NCBI GenBank assembly: GCA_965209055.1
Contig: OZ242374.1
Coordinates: 3,296,001-3,360,000, forward strand
Source: Acidobacteriota bacterium
GTDB lineage: Bacteria > Acidobacteriota > UBA6911 > RPQK01 > JAJDTT01
Length of the DNA stretch: 64,000 nt
Direction of reading: 5' to 3'
The notes under the pieces: model-generated
What the model was told of the DNA's origin: nothing
The model's input: only the letters and a program-made list of their open reading frames with translations
The model's database searches: none
Position numbers and translations under genes: made by a program
Part shown: piece after piece, positions 1-10,987 of the stretch
How the letters are laid out: every line of letters begins with the position of its first letter
Position numbering within the stretch: the stretch's first letter is position 1

Positions 1-1
1 G

Positions 2-385
2 GGCACGCTCCACGTCGGATTCGTCATGGCCCTGAGCGGCGGGGGCTACCACAACGTCGGGGGTTACGACACCTACGTGGGAGTCAACGGACGTCGGGGA
101 CGGTTGTATTTTTCCTCCGCCGGATCCCCCGAGCGGCTCAAGGTGGAGACGGACCATCCCGACTGGTCCGACGCCCCGTGGCGGGAGTTTGAATACACCC
201 CGGCATCTTCTCCGGCCTATGGAGGCGTCTCTGGAGAGCGTTTCGTCCAGGATTTTCTGAAGGCGACGTGGGGAGAGGGGACTGTTCCGGCCTCGGGAGA
301 CGACGCCCTGCAGGTGGCGCGCATCGTGGAAGCGGCCTACGAATCCAGCGAAACCGGACGCAGGGTCCAAGTGGCGCCCGATTGA
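2..385 (+). CDS. Gfo/Idh/MocA family oxidoreductase, C-terminal part (runs off window start)
   Basis: Frame is open from base 2 (GTLHVG...); the C-terminus GDDALQVARIVEAAYESSETGRRV is typical of this family. Confidence 0.75.
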   Translation, partial: GTLHVGFVMALSGGGYHNVGGYDTYVGVNGRRGRLYFSSAGSPERLKVETDHPDWSDAPWREFEYTPASSPAYGGVSGERFVQDFLKATWGEGTVPASGDDALQVARIVEAAYESSETGRRVQVAPD

Positions 386-479
386 CAATCTCCAGACCTG
401 GGGCGAATCTTGTTCCACGAGATACGCTCATCGTAAACGAGCAGGAACAGAGTCCCGAGAAGCTGGGAAAAGCAGACTC

Positions 480-3359
480 ATGAACAAGCAGGGCGCCGCG
501 GTTGTTCTGGCATTGATCTTGGGACTGCCGGGATGCGGTTCCCGGGAATCGGCCATGGACTCCAAGGTCGAGTCGGTACCGGCCTCCGACATCCAATTTC
601 CCGACTCGGTGTTTCGGATCACTCTGGGCCTCACCGATTCGGAGCCCCGGGACTGGTCGGGGAATCTCCGCCTCCAACCGGGCCAGAAGGCGGAACTCGT
701 GCCCGAGCATTTTCGCGCGGGCGTCTACCGCCACGACTTCGGCGCCGGCTGGCGCACCATCGTCGACCCGAAGATCCCCAACGACCGGCTCACCGGGCCC
801 GACAGCTGGCTGGCGCACACGACGTTTGACTGGATTCGCTACAAGGACCGGGCCCGGATCCGGCACCCCAGCCTCTTTGTTCGGCTCTGGGACAATCCGG
901 GCGGGGCGCCGTTCCAGGTCCGCGCCGGAGGACAGGACTTCTCCGTCGGACCGGCGGAGCTGCCGTTGTTCCGGCCCAAGTCCCGGCTGGCAGATCGAGT
1001 CCGGGTGGAGCGGGTGCCGCCGGCGGCCCAGGTGGCCCGGGAAAGAGTCGGTCAGCAAGACTATCCGGCTCTCTTGGCCACGCCTTCCGGCGATCTCTGG
1101 GCGGCGTGGCAGGAGTATGAGGAGCGTTACGACGACTCGATCTGTGTCCGGCGGAAGCAGGGGGATGCCTGGGGACCGGTCTGGGTCCTGGCCCGCGAAG
1201 CGGACGTGTTTCGGACTGCTCTGGCTCATGACTCGGACGGCGGGGTCTGGGCCATCTGGTCCATGCAGGTGGAGGGAAACTGGGATCTCTACGCCCGCCG
1301 CCACGACGGCGAGGGCTGGTCCGGTCTTCACCGTTTGACCCGGGAGCCGGGTCCCGACATCTATCACCGGGCCGTCACCGACAAGTCGGGGAACCTCTGG
1401 TTGGTCTGGCAGAAGGTCATGGAAGGACGGAGCCAGATCGTGGCGCGGAGTTTCGACGGGTCCGGCTGGAGCGAGACGGTTCAGCTCAGTCAGGACGATT
1501 CAGCCGAAGGGAACAATTGGACTCCGTCCGTGGCCGCTGGGGAGTCCGGGTCGGTGGCCGTGGTGTGGGACGGCTACGGGGCGGGGAACTACGACGTCTA
1601 CCTGAGACGGTTCTCCGCCGGCAAGTGGCAGCCGGTCCAGGTGGTGGCGGGGACCGAGCGGTTCGAGGCCGCGCCGACGGTCGCCGTGGACCGGCAGGAC
1701 CGGATCTGGGTGGCGTGGCACGAGTCGGGCCCCGAGTGGGGCAAGGATACGGGCCGGTTGGTCCAGCGCAGGGGGACGGAGCTGAGGGAGTCCCGTTGGC
1801 TCGGCCTGGCCTGTGTGGACGGCGAGCAACTGCTCACCACGGTCCATCCCGTGGGGGAACGCCTGGATGCGGCCCGCGAATGGGAGTTGCCGCATCTTCA
1901 GATCGACTCGGACGGGCATCCCTGGCTGCTGGTTCGGAACGTCACCAAGCGGGGCCCCGCCGGGAGGCCTCGGTACTTTCCCATGTGGGAGATCCACGTC
2001 ACCCGCTATGACGGCTCCCGATGGAGTGAGCTGGTCCGGGTGCGGCAGAGCAGCGGGCGGAACGATATGTCGCCGGCCACGGCGCTCGATGCGGACGGGC
2101 GCATCTGGGGCATCTGGGCCACCGACATGCGGAGCGCCAAGTCGGGATTGCCGCAGTACGGACGAGTGATGGTCTCCCCGTTGGGTTCGAGCCCGGGCCG
2201 GAAACACCTGGCGCTGCAGGCCTGGTCCCCGGCCGCCGTGGGCGAGGTGGAGCGTGTCCATCCCAACGAGGCCGAGCAGGTGGACCGGATCCGCTCCTAT
2301 AAGGTGGAGACTGGAGGAAAGACCTACTTCATTTACCGGGGCGACACGCACCGGCACACCGACATCTCCCTGGACGGCGGCGGCGACGGTGGTCTGCTGG
2401 ACGCCTACCGGTACGCGTTGGACGCCGCGTCCATGGACTTTCTCGGGACCTCGGACCACAACCACGAAATTGCCGAGCCGTACGCCTGGTGGCGGACCCA
2501 GAAGTTCGCCGATCTGTTCCAGCTCGACGGCAGCTTCACGGCGTTCTATGCCTACGAGCGCTCGGTCCAGTTTCCCAACGGACACCGGAACGTCCTCTTC
2601 ACCCAGCGCGGAAACAACATTCTGGAGGTGCTGACGGCGGAACGCATGGGTCTGGACGGCGCCGGGCGCCTCTTCGGTTATCTGCGCCGGGCAGGTGGCA
2701 CCTCCATCCCCCACACCATCGCCACCGGGGCCGGGACCGATTGGCGGGACAGCGATCCCGAGGTGGAGACGCTGCTGGAGATCTACCAGGGCATGCGCGA
2801 CACCTACGAGCATCCGGGTTCCCCCCGGCCCAAGACGCTGGAGGCGACACCGACGCTTCAGGAAGACGATTCCCCGTCCCGCCGTGACGGCACCGCGTGG
2901 AGCGCCTTGGAGAAGGGCCTCAAGCTGGGTTTCATCGCCTCTTCGGATCACCTCTCGACCCACATCAGTTACGCCTGCCTCATCGCGGAGAATCTGACCC
3001 GGGAGGGTCTGATGGAGGCCATACGGGCCCGCAGGGCCTACGCCGCCACCGACAACATCGTGTTGGACGTTCGATTCGTGGGGTCGGACGGGGAGCATCT
3101 CATGGGTGGGATCTTCACCAGCTCTCAGCCGGTGAGAATCCACGCGACCATACTCGGGACCGGGACCATCAAGCGGGTGGATCTGATCAAGAACAACCGG
3201 GTCCTCTACTCGGCGGAACCCGGCCAGCCCACGTTCCGGTTGGACTTCACCGACGGCGACGCGGCCGATTCGGGCGAGAGCTACTACTATATTCGAGTCC
3301 TGCAGGAGGACGGCGAAATCGCCTGGGGCTCTCCGGCCTGGGTGACTTACCAGAGGTAG
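480..3359 (+). CDS. Lipoprotein with beta-propeller-like repeats and a C-terminal PHP-like metallohydrolase (DUF3604-like)
   Basis: 959 aa; lipobox LPGC; Trp-rich repeats; GDTHRHT, GTSDH, NGHRN and ASSDH metal-binding motifs. Confidence 0.75.
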   Translation: MNKQGAAVVLALILGLPGCGSRESAMDSKVESVPASDIQFPDSVFRITLGLTDSEPRDWSGNLRLQPGQKAELVPEHFRAGVYRHDFGAGWRTIVDPKIPNDRLTGPDSWLAHTTFDWIRYKDRARIRHPSLFVRLWDNPGGAPFQVRAGGQDFSVGPAELPLFRPKSRLADRVRVERVPPAAQVARERVGQQDYPALLATPSGDLWAAWQEYEERYDDSICVRRKQGDAWGPVWVLAREADVFRTALAHDSDGGVWAIWSMQVEGNWDLYARRHDGEGWSGLHRLTREPGPDIYHRAVTDKSGNLWLVWQKVMEGRSQIVARSFDGSGWSETVQLSQDDSAEGNNWTPSVAAGESGSVAVVWDGYGAGNYDVYLRRFSAGKWQPVQVVAGTERFEAAPTVAVDRQDRIWVAWHESGPEWGKDTGRLVQRRGTELRESRWLGLACVDGEQLLTTVHPVGERLDAAREWELPHLQIDSDGHPWLLVRNVTKRGPAGRPRYFPMWEIHVTRYDGSRWSELVRVRQSSGRNDMSPATALDADGRIWGIWATDMRSAKSGLPQYGRVMVSPLGSSPGRKHLALQAWSPAAVGEVERVHPNEAEQVDRIRSYKVETGGKTYFIYRGDTHRHTDISLDGGGDGGLLDAYRYALDAASMDFLGTSDHNHEIAEPYAWWRTQKFADLFQLDGSFTAFYAYERSVQFPNGHRNVLFTQRGNNILEVLTAERMGLDGAGRLFGYLRRAGGTSIPHTIATGAGTDWRDSDPEVETLLEIYQGMRDTYEHPGSPRPKTLEATPTLQEDDSPSRRDGTAWSALEKGLKLGFIASSDHLSTHISYACLIAENLTREGLMEAIRARRAYAATDNIVLDVRFVGSDGEHLMGGIFTSSQPVRIHATILGTGTIKRVDLIKNNRVLYSAEPGQPTFRLDFTDGDAADSGESYYYIRVLQEDGEIAWGSPAWVTYQR

Positions 3360-3394
3360 CCTCTTCCGCGCGACCGACTTCCGAGGAATCTCCC

Positions 3395-4498
3395 ATGCTG
3401 GAAATCGTGGACCGAGGAATTCTCTCTCACGTTCCGGGCCGCGGCGCATACTTTCCCTGCGTCCGAGCCCTCCGGGACGGATCCATGTTGGCGGCGCAGC
3501 ACGTCGGGAGCGGCTTGTGTTGCCCGGACAACCACATCGAGGTGTTGCGCTCCACGGACGGGGGACGCAACTGGGCCAATGAAGGGAGCATTCACGGCGG
3601 TCTCCCGGCGGACGGATGGTGCTACCGGGCCCCGATGCTGGCACCTCTGGAGGACGGCAGCCTGGTGATGGCGGCCGCCCGTTATCTCCTGGACAACGAC
3701 GAGATGTACAATCCGGCCACCGAGGGATTGAAACCGACTCAGATGGTCCTTTTCCGCTCTTCCGATCAGGGCCGGTCCTGGTCGGGGCCCGAGGTGGTTC
3801 CCAACCCGCTGCCTCCCGAGCGATACGTGAGCAGCCTCTCGGGCCAGCTCCTGATTTTAGCGACCGACCGCTGGATGTACCCGTTGGAGACCTGGAAGCC
3901 GGACGGCTACGAGGGGCCGGTGGACCAGAAGGCGGGGGCCGTCTTCTCTTCAGATCAGGGCCGGACCTGGGACGAGTGGTCTGTAGTGGCCGACGACCCG
4001 GAGGAACGCCTCCACTACGCCGACCAGATGCAGGCCGTGTTGCCGGATGGACGGATCTACACCACCCTCTGGACCCGGACCTGGGGCGTCGGGCAGGGGG
4101 AGGACGTGAACGACCACTGGGTCGTGTCGGAGGACTCGGGCCGGACCTGGAGCGACCCCCGGCCCACCAACCTCCAAGGTCAGCTCTGCGCCCCCATCGC
4201 GCTTCCCGACGGGCGGGTCGCGGCCATCTACAACTTTCGGCGCGAACCCCAGGGGGTCCACGTCGCCATCACCGAGGACCTGGAGAACTACGACGTCGAG
4301 AACCAGGCGGTGGTGTTCCGGGCCGGCGAGGAAACCATGACCGCGCAGGCGGTGGACGAATTCATCGACGCCCACCAGAAGATCGCCTTCGGCAGGCCCT
4401 GGGGAATCCTGCTCCCCGACGGAGATCTGCTGGTCTATTTCTGGTGCACCGTCGATTCGGTCACCCACAACCGGTGGGTCCGGCTCAGGGTCTCGTGA
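3395..4498 (+). CDS. Sialidase-family (BNR/Asp-box) protein
   Basis: Four Asp boxes (STDGGRNW, SSDQGRSW, SSDQGRTW, SEDSGRTW); GAGGA upstream of ATG 3395. Confidence 0.8.
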   Translation: MLEIVDRGILSHVPGRGAYFPCVRALRDGSMLAAQHVGSGLCCPDNHIEVLRSTDGGRNWANEGSIHGGLPADGWCYRAPMLAPLEDGSLVMAAARYLLDNDEMYNPATEGLKPTQMVLFRSSDQGRSWSGPEVVPNPLPPERYVSSLSGQLLILATDRWMYPLETWKPDGYEGPVDQKAGAVFSSDQGRTWDEWSVVADDPEERLHYADQMQAVLPDGRIYTTLWTRTWGVGQGEDVNDHWVVSEDSGRTWSDPRPTNLQGQLCAPIALPDGRVAAIYNFRREPQGVHVAITEDLENYDVENQAVVFRAGEETMTAQAVDEFIDAHQKIAFGRPWGILLPDGDLLVYFWCTVDSVTHNRWVRLRVS

Positions 4499-4608
4499 CG
4501 CGCTCAGATCTCAGTTGCCATCCGCTGGAGTGAATCCACAACAACGCTTGCGACTTGCAGGACCCGGAGTAACCGGCTTCTCGGTGGTTCGTCCTCCGTA
4601 TCCCGGTT

Positions 4609-4815
4609 TCAGGCATACTCAACGGGCTGGCGGTCGTCAACGGCTGCGGGAGGCGGCTCGGTAAACTGTTTCCCTTGTTCCTCGGCGGCCACTCGTGCTC
4701 GGTTCCAGGATTCCCAGCGCTTGCGCTCTCTCGCACGTCCCTCGGCGCGTCCCTCAACCAGTCCCTTGGCGAGCCCCTTGGCATTACGTCGATTGAGATA
4801 CCACTCCGAAAACAT
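4609..4815 (-). CDS. Small protein (68 aa), stand-alone copy of the EGR-repeat C-terminal domain of 4934..5389
   Basis: MFSEWYLNRR...EGRARERKRWESWNRARVAAEEQG is nearly identical to the neighbour; GAGGT SD 7 nt before ATG. Confidence 0.55.
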   Translation of the reverse strand: MFSEWYLNRRNAKGLAKGLVEGRAEGRARERKRWESWNRARVAAEEQGKQFTEPPPAAVDDRQPVEYA

Positions 4816-4933
4816 TCTTCCGACCTCAAGGAATCCCAAGCGAATGACTGGATGCTGCTGGCAGCCTATACTCCTCTGCCCAGCCTCGGAATGTGTCTAA
4901 GATCCGACGAATCCTTCACGCCTCACCGTCGGT

Positions 4934-5389
4934 CTAGTGACCGTCAGCGACTGTCGGCGGTGGCTCCATGAACTTTGTACCTTGTTCCTCGGCGGCCACG
5001 CGCGCGCGGTTCCAGGATTCCCAGCGCTTGCGCTCTCTCGCACGTCCCTCGGCGCGCCCCTCGGCGCGTCCCTCGGCTCGTCCCTCGGCTCGTCCCTCAG
5101 CCAGTCCCTTGGCGTAACGTCGATTCAGATACCATTCCGAGAACATTCGTCCCACCTCCACGGAAACCACGCTCCAGGCGACGACCACGACGACCACGGG
5201 CGACAGACCCCGGGCGATGGCCAGAAATGTATCCACGCCGCCGCCTGTCGCCCCATCGGCCACCTCGTGCCATGCGACCAGACCTGTGGCCACGATAACC
5301 AGAGAAACGAACAATTTGAAGTAGGCGTCCCTCCATGATGAAGGGACGCTCCAGATCGACTCTCTGTGCCTGACCGATTCCTTTTCCAT
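4934..5389 (-). CDS. Hypothetical membrane protein (2 TM segments) with (AEGR)n C-terminal domain
   Basis: Hydrophobic segments LFVSLVIVATGLVAW and VVVVVVAWSVVSV followed by AEGR repeats; start codon uncertain. Confidence 0.7.
   Translation of the reverse strand: MEKESVRHRESIWSVPSSWRDAYFKLFVSLVIVATGLVAWHEVADGATGGGVDTFLAIARGLSPVVVVVVAWSVVSVEVGRMFSEWYLNRRYAKGLAEGRAEGRAEGRAEGRAEGRARERKRWESWNRARVAAEEQGTKFMEPPPTVADGH
5046..5105. repeat. 12-bp tandem repeat (about 5 units, CCCTCGGCKCGY) encoding AEGR
   Basis: Units ccctcggcgcgc, ccctcggcgcgt, ccctcggctcgt x2, ccctcagccagt read directly. Confidence 0.9.
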
Positions 5390-5634
5390 CCGGCAATGGC
5401 GGCGCTTCGGGACTTCTCCGATTGTCGATTCGCAGCCGGAGCCCGCCGGCTCCGGCATTCGCCCCTCCTCTCGACGGGGTTCCCGTCAAATCTTGCCTGC
5501 ATACCTGATAACGAGCGAAATCTGGAATCTGCAACCGATTCCCCGTTTTTCCAATCGGAACCTCCAAATTGTCCGGACTTGGGAGCCATTCTACCGGATG
5601 GTCCGGCGTGAAGCTTCGCCCCGGATTGAGACTC

Positions 5635-6381
5635 TCAGCCGGAGGCAGGGCCCAGGAGGGAAGCGGAATCCAAGTCCAGATAGAGGTGGCAATCGGCGTG
5701 GGTCTGGAGGATGGAGGAGGGGTGCAGCGGAGTGACTTCGCCTTCCACGCAATTGCGGACCGCCTCGGCCTTTCGGATGCCGGGAACGGTGCAGACGATG
5801 GACTCGGCGCTCATGATCTGCCGGATGGACATGGAGACCGCCTGTGCCGGCACCTTGTCGATGTTGGCGAACCACCCCTCGGAGACCTGCTGCTGCCGGC
5901 AGGCGGTGTCCAGCGTGACCAGGATGTACGGCTCCTCGGTATCGAAATCGGCCGGCGGGTCGTTGAAGGCCAGGTGGCCGTTTTCTCCAATGCCGATAAA
6001 GGCCACGTCGATGGGGCCCTGCCGGATGAGGTCCGAAATCCGGCGGCATTCGGCCTGGGGGTCGGGCGCTTCGCCCCGGATGAAGTGCACCTCTCCCGGT
6101 TGCACGCGATCCACCAGGCGTTCCCGGAGATAGCGCCGGAAGCTGGCGGCGTGGTTTTCGGAGATCCCGGTGTACTCGTCCAAGTGAAACATCGTGGTCC
6201 GGGACCAGTCGATGGATCGGTCCGAGGTCAGGGCCTGCAGGAAATCGAATTGAGAACTGCCCGTAGCCACGCAGAATCGGGCGGCGCCCCGGCGGCCGAT
6301 GGCCTCCCGCAGCTTGGATGAGGCCCTGGCGGCGGCGGCCCGGCTGGTGGCGGCCTTGTCTCTCTCTCGAACGATCTCCAT
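5635..6381 (-). CDS. nagB: Glucosamine-6-phosphate deaminase/isomerase family
   Basis: VATGSSQ, FHLDEY and GIGENGHLAFNDP motifs; GAGGAG SD before ATG 6381. Confidence 0.85.
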   Translation of the reverse strand: MEIVRERDKAATSRAAAARASSKLREAIGRRGAARFCVATGSSQFDFLQALTSDRSIDWSRTTMFHLDEYTGISENHAASFRRYLRERLVDRVQPGEVHFIRGEAPDPQAECRRISDLIRQGPIDVAFIGIGENGHLAFNDPPADFDTEEPYILVTLDTACRQQQVSEGWFANIDKVPAQAVSMSIRQIMSAESIVCTVPGIRKAEAVRNCVEGEVTPLHPSSILQTHADCHLYLDLDSASLLGPASG

Positions 6382-6567
6382 GGCATTCTCCTCGTCTCGG
6401 CCGGCACCGGTTGCCGTCCCGGGTCTGCACCGGAGTACTCCCGCCCAGTTTACTACGCGCGAGCGCCACCGACACTTCCAACCACCTGGTACTTCTGTGA
6501 TGATATGGGCCGGCCGCCGGTGCCGGCCGCGAACTCGATTCCGGGCCTGACGGGAAAGGAACAGAAC

Positions 6568-7302
6568 ATGGACCGATCTGAAATGTTGGAAGAACTCAAG
6601 AACTTCGACACCCCCTCCATCACCGACGTGGTAGCCACTTACCCCGACCACCCCCTGTGCCTGGGGCTCTACAATCCCTGGACCACGAACTGGTACACGG
6701 ACCAGTCGATCCGCTGTATTTACCCCGAATTGGGGCGGACCGTGGGTTACGCTGTCACCTGCGTCTACGGGCTCCCCGATCCCACCTACACGCAACTGAC
6801 CTTCATCGACGTGCTGGAAGCCATGGAGGCGTCCGAGCAACCCACTGTCTTCGTTTTCCAACAGAACTTCCCGCCTGAGATCGCCGGCAAGGTGGGCCTG
6901 TCGGGGGGCAACATGACCTCCGCCCTCAAGGCCATCGGCTGTGTCGGGGCCATCTCCAACGGCCCGTCCCGCGATTTGGACGAAATCCGTCCCATGGAAT
7001 TCCAGTATCTGCTCAGCGGCGCCACTCCCGGCCATGGCCCCATGGCCATCCACGCCGTCAACGTGCCGGTGACGGTGGCGGGCATGGACGTTTCTCCCGG
7101 CGAGATCATCCACATGGACGAGAACGGCGCCTGCAAGTTTCCCTCGGACCAGCTCGAGGCGGTGCTGGTCAATGCCCGGGCCATGCAGAAGGAAGAGGTG
7201 ACGCGCATGTCCGAGTTGCTGGCGGCGGGCAGCGCCGCCGAGATCCAGGCGATCTTCAGCCGTCATGCGTACGGAAAGAAACAGGAAGACGGCGGCAAAT
7301 GA
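6568..7302 (+). CDS. RraA/HMG-aldolase family protein
   Basis: TPSITD, GRTVGYAVT, GPSRDLDEI and VSPGEIIHMDENG motifs; AAGGA SD. Confidence 0.8.
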   Translation: MDRSEMLEELKNFDTPSITDVVATYPDHPLCLGLYNPWTTNWYTDQSIRCIYPELGRTVGYAVTCVYGLPDPTYTQLTFIDVLEAMEASEQPTVFVFQQNFPPEIAGKVGLSGGNMTSALKAIGCVGAISNGPSRDLDEIRPMEFQYLLSGATPGHGPMAIHAVNVPVTVAGMDVSPGEIIHMDENGACKFPSDQLEAVLVNARAMQKEEVTRMSELLAAGSAAEIQAIFSRHAYGKKQEDGGK

Positions 7303-8045
7303 TGCCGGCACCGGACCGAAACAGCGAATGGACCAGGCTCTATCGATCCTCGATCCTGGCGCTCCTGACGGGCGTTCTGCTGTTGGGATGCGGCGGTTCA
7401 GCTTCGGACGAAGACGAGGGGTTCGTGTCCATCTTCGACGGTGTGAGTCTCGAGGGGTGGCAGGTTGCCGGTGGAGGGACGCTGCAAGACTGGTCCGTCC
7501 ACGAGGGGCGCCTGATCGGCAAGTGCCGGGGACGGACCTCTTACCTGCTTTGGAAGGACCGGGACCTGCGCGACTTCGAGCTCAAGTTGAGCTATCGGCT
7601 GCTGACCGAGGCCAACACCGGGATCGACATCCGGTCCCGGGTCGATGAGACCGGGAAGCGCTATTTCGAGAGCTATCACGCCGACTTGGGGCACGTGGGC
7701 ATCAGAGAGAACATTCTGGGCTCCTGGGACTTCCATTTCGGTTCCCGCCCCGAGCCCTCCAATCCGCGCGGGACCCGGCTGGTCATCGGTGCCGACGAGA
7801 CGCCCCGGCTGACCCGCATCGAAGATCCCCTGACAGTGGATGATGTGAATCGCCGCCCCGAATGGAACCGGGTCCACATCATCGCCCGGGGCAACCACGG
7901 CCGGTTTTTCATCAACGGCAAGCTCTCGTCCGAATTCACCGACAACGCCGAATCCGGGCGTCTGGAGGAGGGAGGGATCGCTTTGCAGTTGCACGATCCG
8001 GGCATTCACGTAGAGTTTAAGGACATTCGTCTCAAGAGACTGTGA
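7299..8045 (+). CDS. DUF1080 (3-keto-disaccharide hydrolase-like) lipoprotein
   Basis: Lipobox LLGC; IFDGVSLEGW, DFELKL, ANTGI, GGIALQLH and VEFKDIRLK. Confidence 0.85.
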   Translation: MMPAPDRNSEWTRLYRSSILALLTGVLLLGCGGSASDEDEGFVSIFDGVSLEGWQVAGGGTLQDWSVHEGRLIGKCRGRTSYLLWKDRDLRDFELKLSYRLLTEANTGIDIRSRVDETGKRYFESYHADLGHVGIRENILGSWDFHFGSRPEPSNPRGTRLVIGADETPRLTRIEDPLTVDDVNRRPEWNRVHIIARGNHGRFFINGKLSSEFTDNAESGRLEEGGIALQLHDPGIHVEFKDIRLKRL

Positions 8046-8071
8046 CCGGGAGAGGCCGGGAGGGGAAAAGT

Positions 8072-9097
8072 ATGAACAGAAGATATCTCATGGTGCAGGC
8101 CATCGCCCTGGGGAGCATTTTGGGCCTTTCCTGGTTTCTGACCGGGCCCGGTGGAACCATCTCCGGGAGCGCCGCGGCTCCGGACAAGGTCAACCTGGCC
8201 GTCGGATACCAGGTCGATCCGGAATGGCCTCGCAAACCGGCCGGTCTGGAGTGGGGACAGATGCCCGGTCTGGCCGTCGACGCCCAGGACCAAGTCTGGA
8301 TCTTCCATCGGGGCAAGACTCCGGTCCAGGTTTTCCGCCGGGACGGAACTCTGGTCCGGTCGTGGGACAACGCGAGCTTCAAGAGCGGCCACCATATGAA
8401 AATCGATCCGGAGGGCAACGTCTGGCTCACGGATTCGGGAGCCCACACGGTCTACAAGTACTCGCCCGAGGGTGAGCGGCTCATGACGCTGGGGACTCCC
8501 GGCGAGCCGGGCGAGGACGACCGCCACTTCAACCGCCCCACCGATATGGCCATCACCCCCGCCGGCGACATTTTCGTCACCGACGGGTACGGCAACAGCC
8601 GGGTCGTGCACTTCGACGCCGAAGGACGTTTCGTCAAGACCTGGGGCAAGCTGGGAACCGCCCCGGGAGATTTCGACACGCCCCACGGCATCGTCGTCGA
8701 CTCCAAGGGCCGCCTCTATGTCGCGGACCGCAGCAATGCCCGGGTCCAGGTCTTCGATCAGAGCGGCCGGTTTCTGGCCGAGTGGCGGAATCTCATGGTG
8801 CCCTGGGGGATCTGGGTCACCGAAACCGACGAGATCTACGTCTGCGGGTCCTCCCCCATGCGCTGGGGGAGCGGCGGCCGGCTGGGGGCGCCTCCCAAGG
8901 ACCAGCTCCTCATGAAGCTCAACACGGAAGGACGGGTCCTGGAGCACTGGACCTTTCCCCTGGGTACGATTGGAGAATCGGATCCGGAGCCGGGTTCGTT
9001 GAACTGGGTCCATGCCGTCGCCGTCGATTCCCGGGGCGACGTCTACCTGTGCGACATCCAGGGCCAGCGGGTTCAGCGGATGGTGCGTCTGAATTAG
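8072..9097 (+). CDS. NHL-repeat protein (PAL/amidating-lyase-like beta-propeller)
   Basis: Signal peptide; NHL repeats FNRPTDMA..DGYGNSRV and FDTPHGIVVD..ADRSNARVQ. Confidence 0.85.
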   Translation: MNRRYLMVQAIALGSILGLSWFLTGPGGTISGSAAAPDKVNLAVGYQVDPEWPRKPAGLEWGQMPGLAVDAQDQVWIFHRGKTPVQVFRRDGTLVRSWDNASFKSGHHMKIDPEGNVWLTDSGAHTVYKYSPEGERLMTLGTPGEPGEDDRHFNRPTDMAITPAGDIFVTDGYGNSRVVHFDAEGRFVKTWGKLGTAPGDFDTPHGIVVDSKGRLYVADRSNARVQVFDQSGRFLAEWRNLMVPWGIWVTETDEIYVCGSSPMRWGSGGRLGAPPKDQLLMKLNTEGRVLEHWTFPLGTIGESDPEPGSLNWVHAVAVDSRGDVYLCDIQGQRVQRMVRLN

Positions 9098-9275
9098 GAG
9101 AGGCGACTTTCTTGTCGCCCACTGGAGGGGAGACTGTCAGTCCCTCCTTCTTTACCTGCGTCGCTGCGTGATTTGGCTGTTGGAAATTGTACGGTGGACT
9201 CCGTCCCCCCTGCCCCCCTGGTCGGCGACAGGAAAGTCGCCGGTCCAATCGGCGGTAAGAAAACCGCCGCTCCTC
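9098..9275. repeat. Cluster of REP-like palindromes between convergent genes
   Basis: GGCGAC-tttctt-GTCGCC (9102-9119), GGCGAC-aggaaa-GTCGCC (9224-9241), CGGCGGT-aagaaa-ACCGCCG (9250-9269). Confidence 0.75.
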
Positions 9276-10874
<1,599 letters not shown>

Positions 10875-10987
10875 TGAGACTCCTCCCGGATTGGGCTGTT
10901 TCTCGCGGATCGCACATTCAAATCCAGAATACCGAAGAATCCCATCGTGCAGGAACAGTGCCTTGGGGAAATCGTTAGACTGACCGT

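Noticed and set aside
4934-5389. Calling the AEGR-repeat gene an Rpn/transposase
   Set aside because: There is no PD-(D/E)XK nuclease domain; only the repeat tail and internal RBS are analogous.
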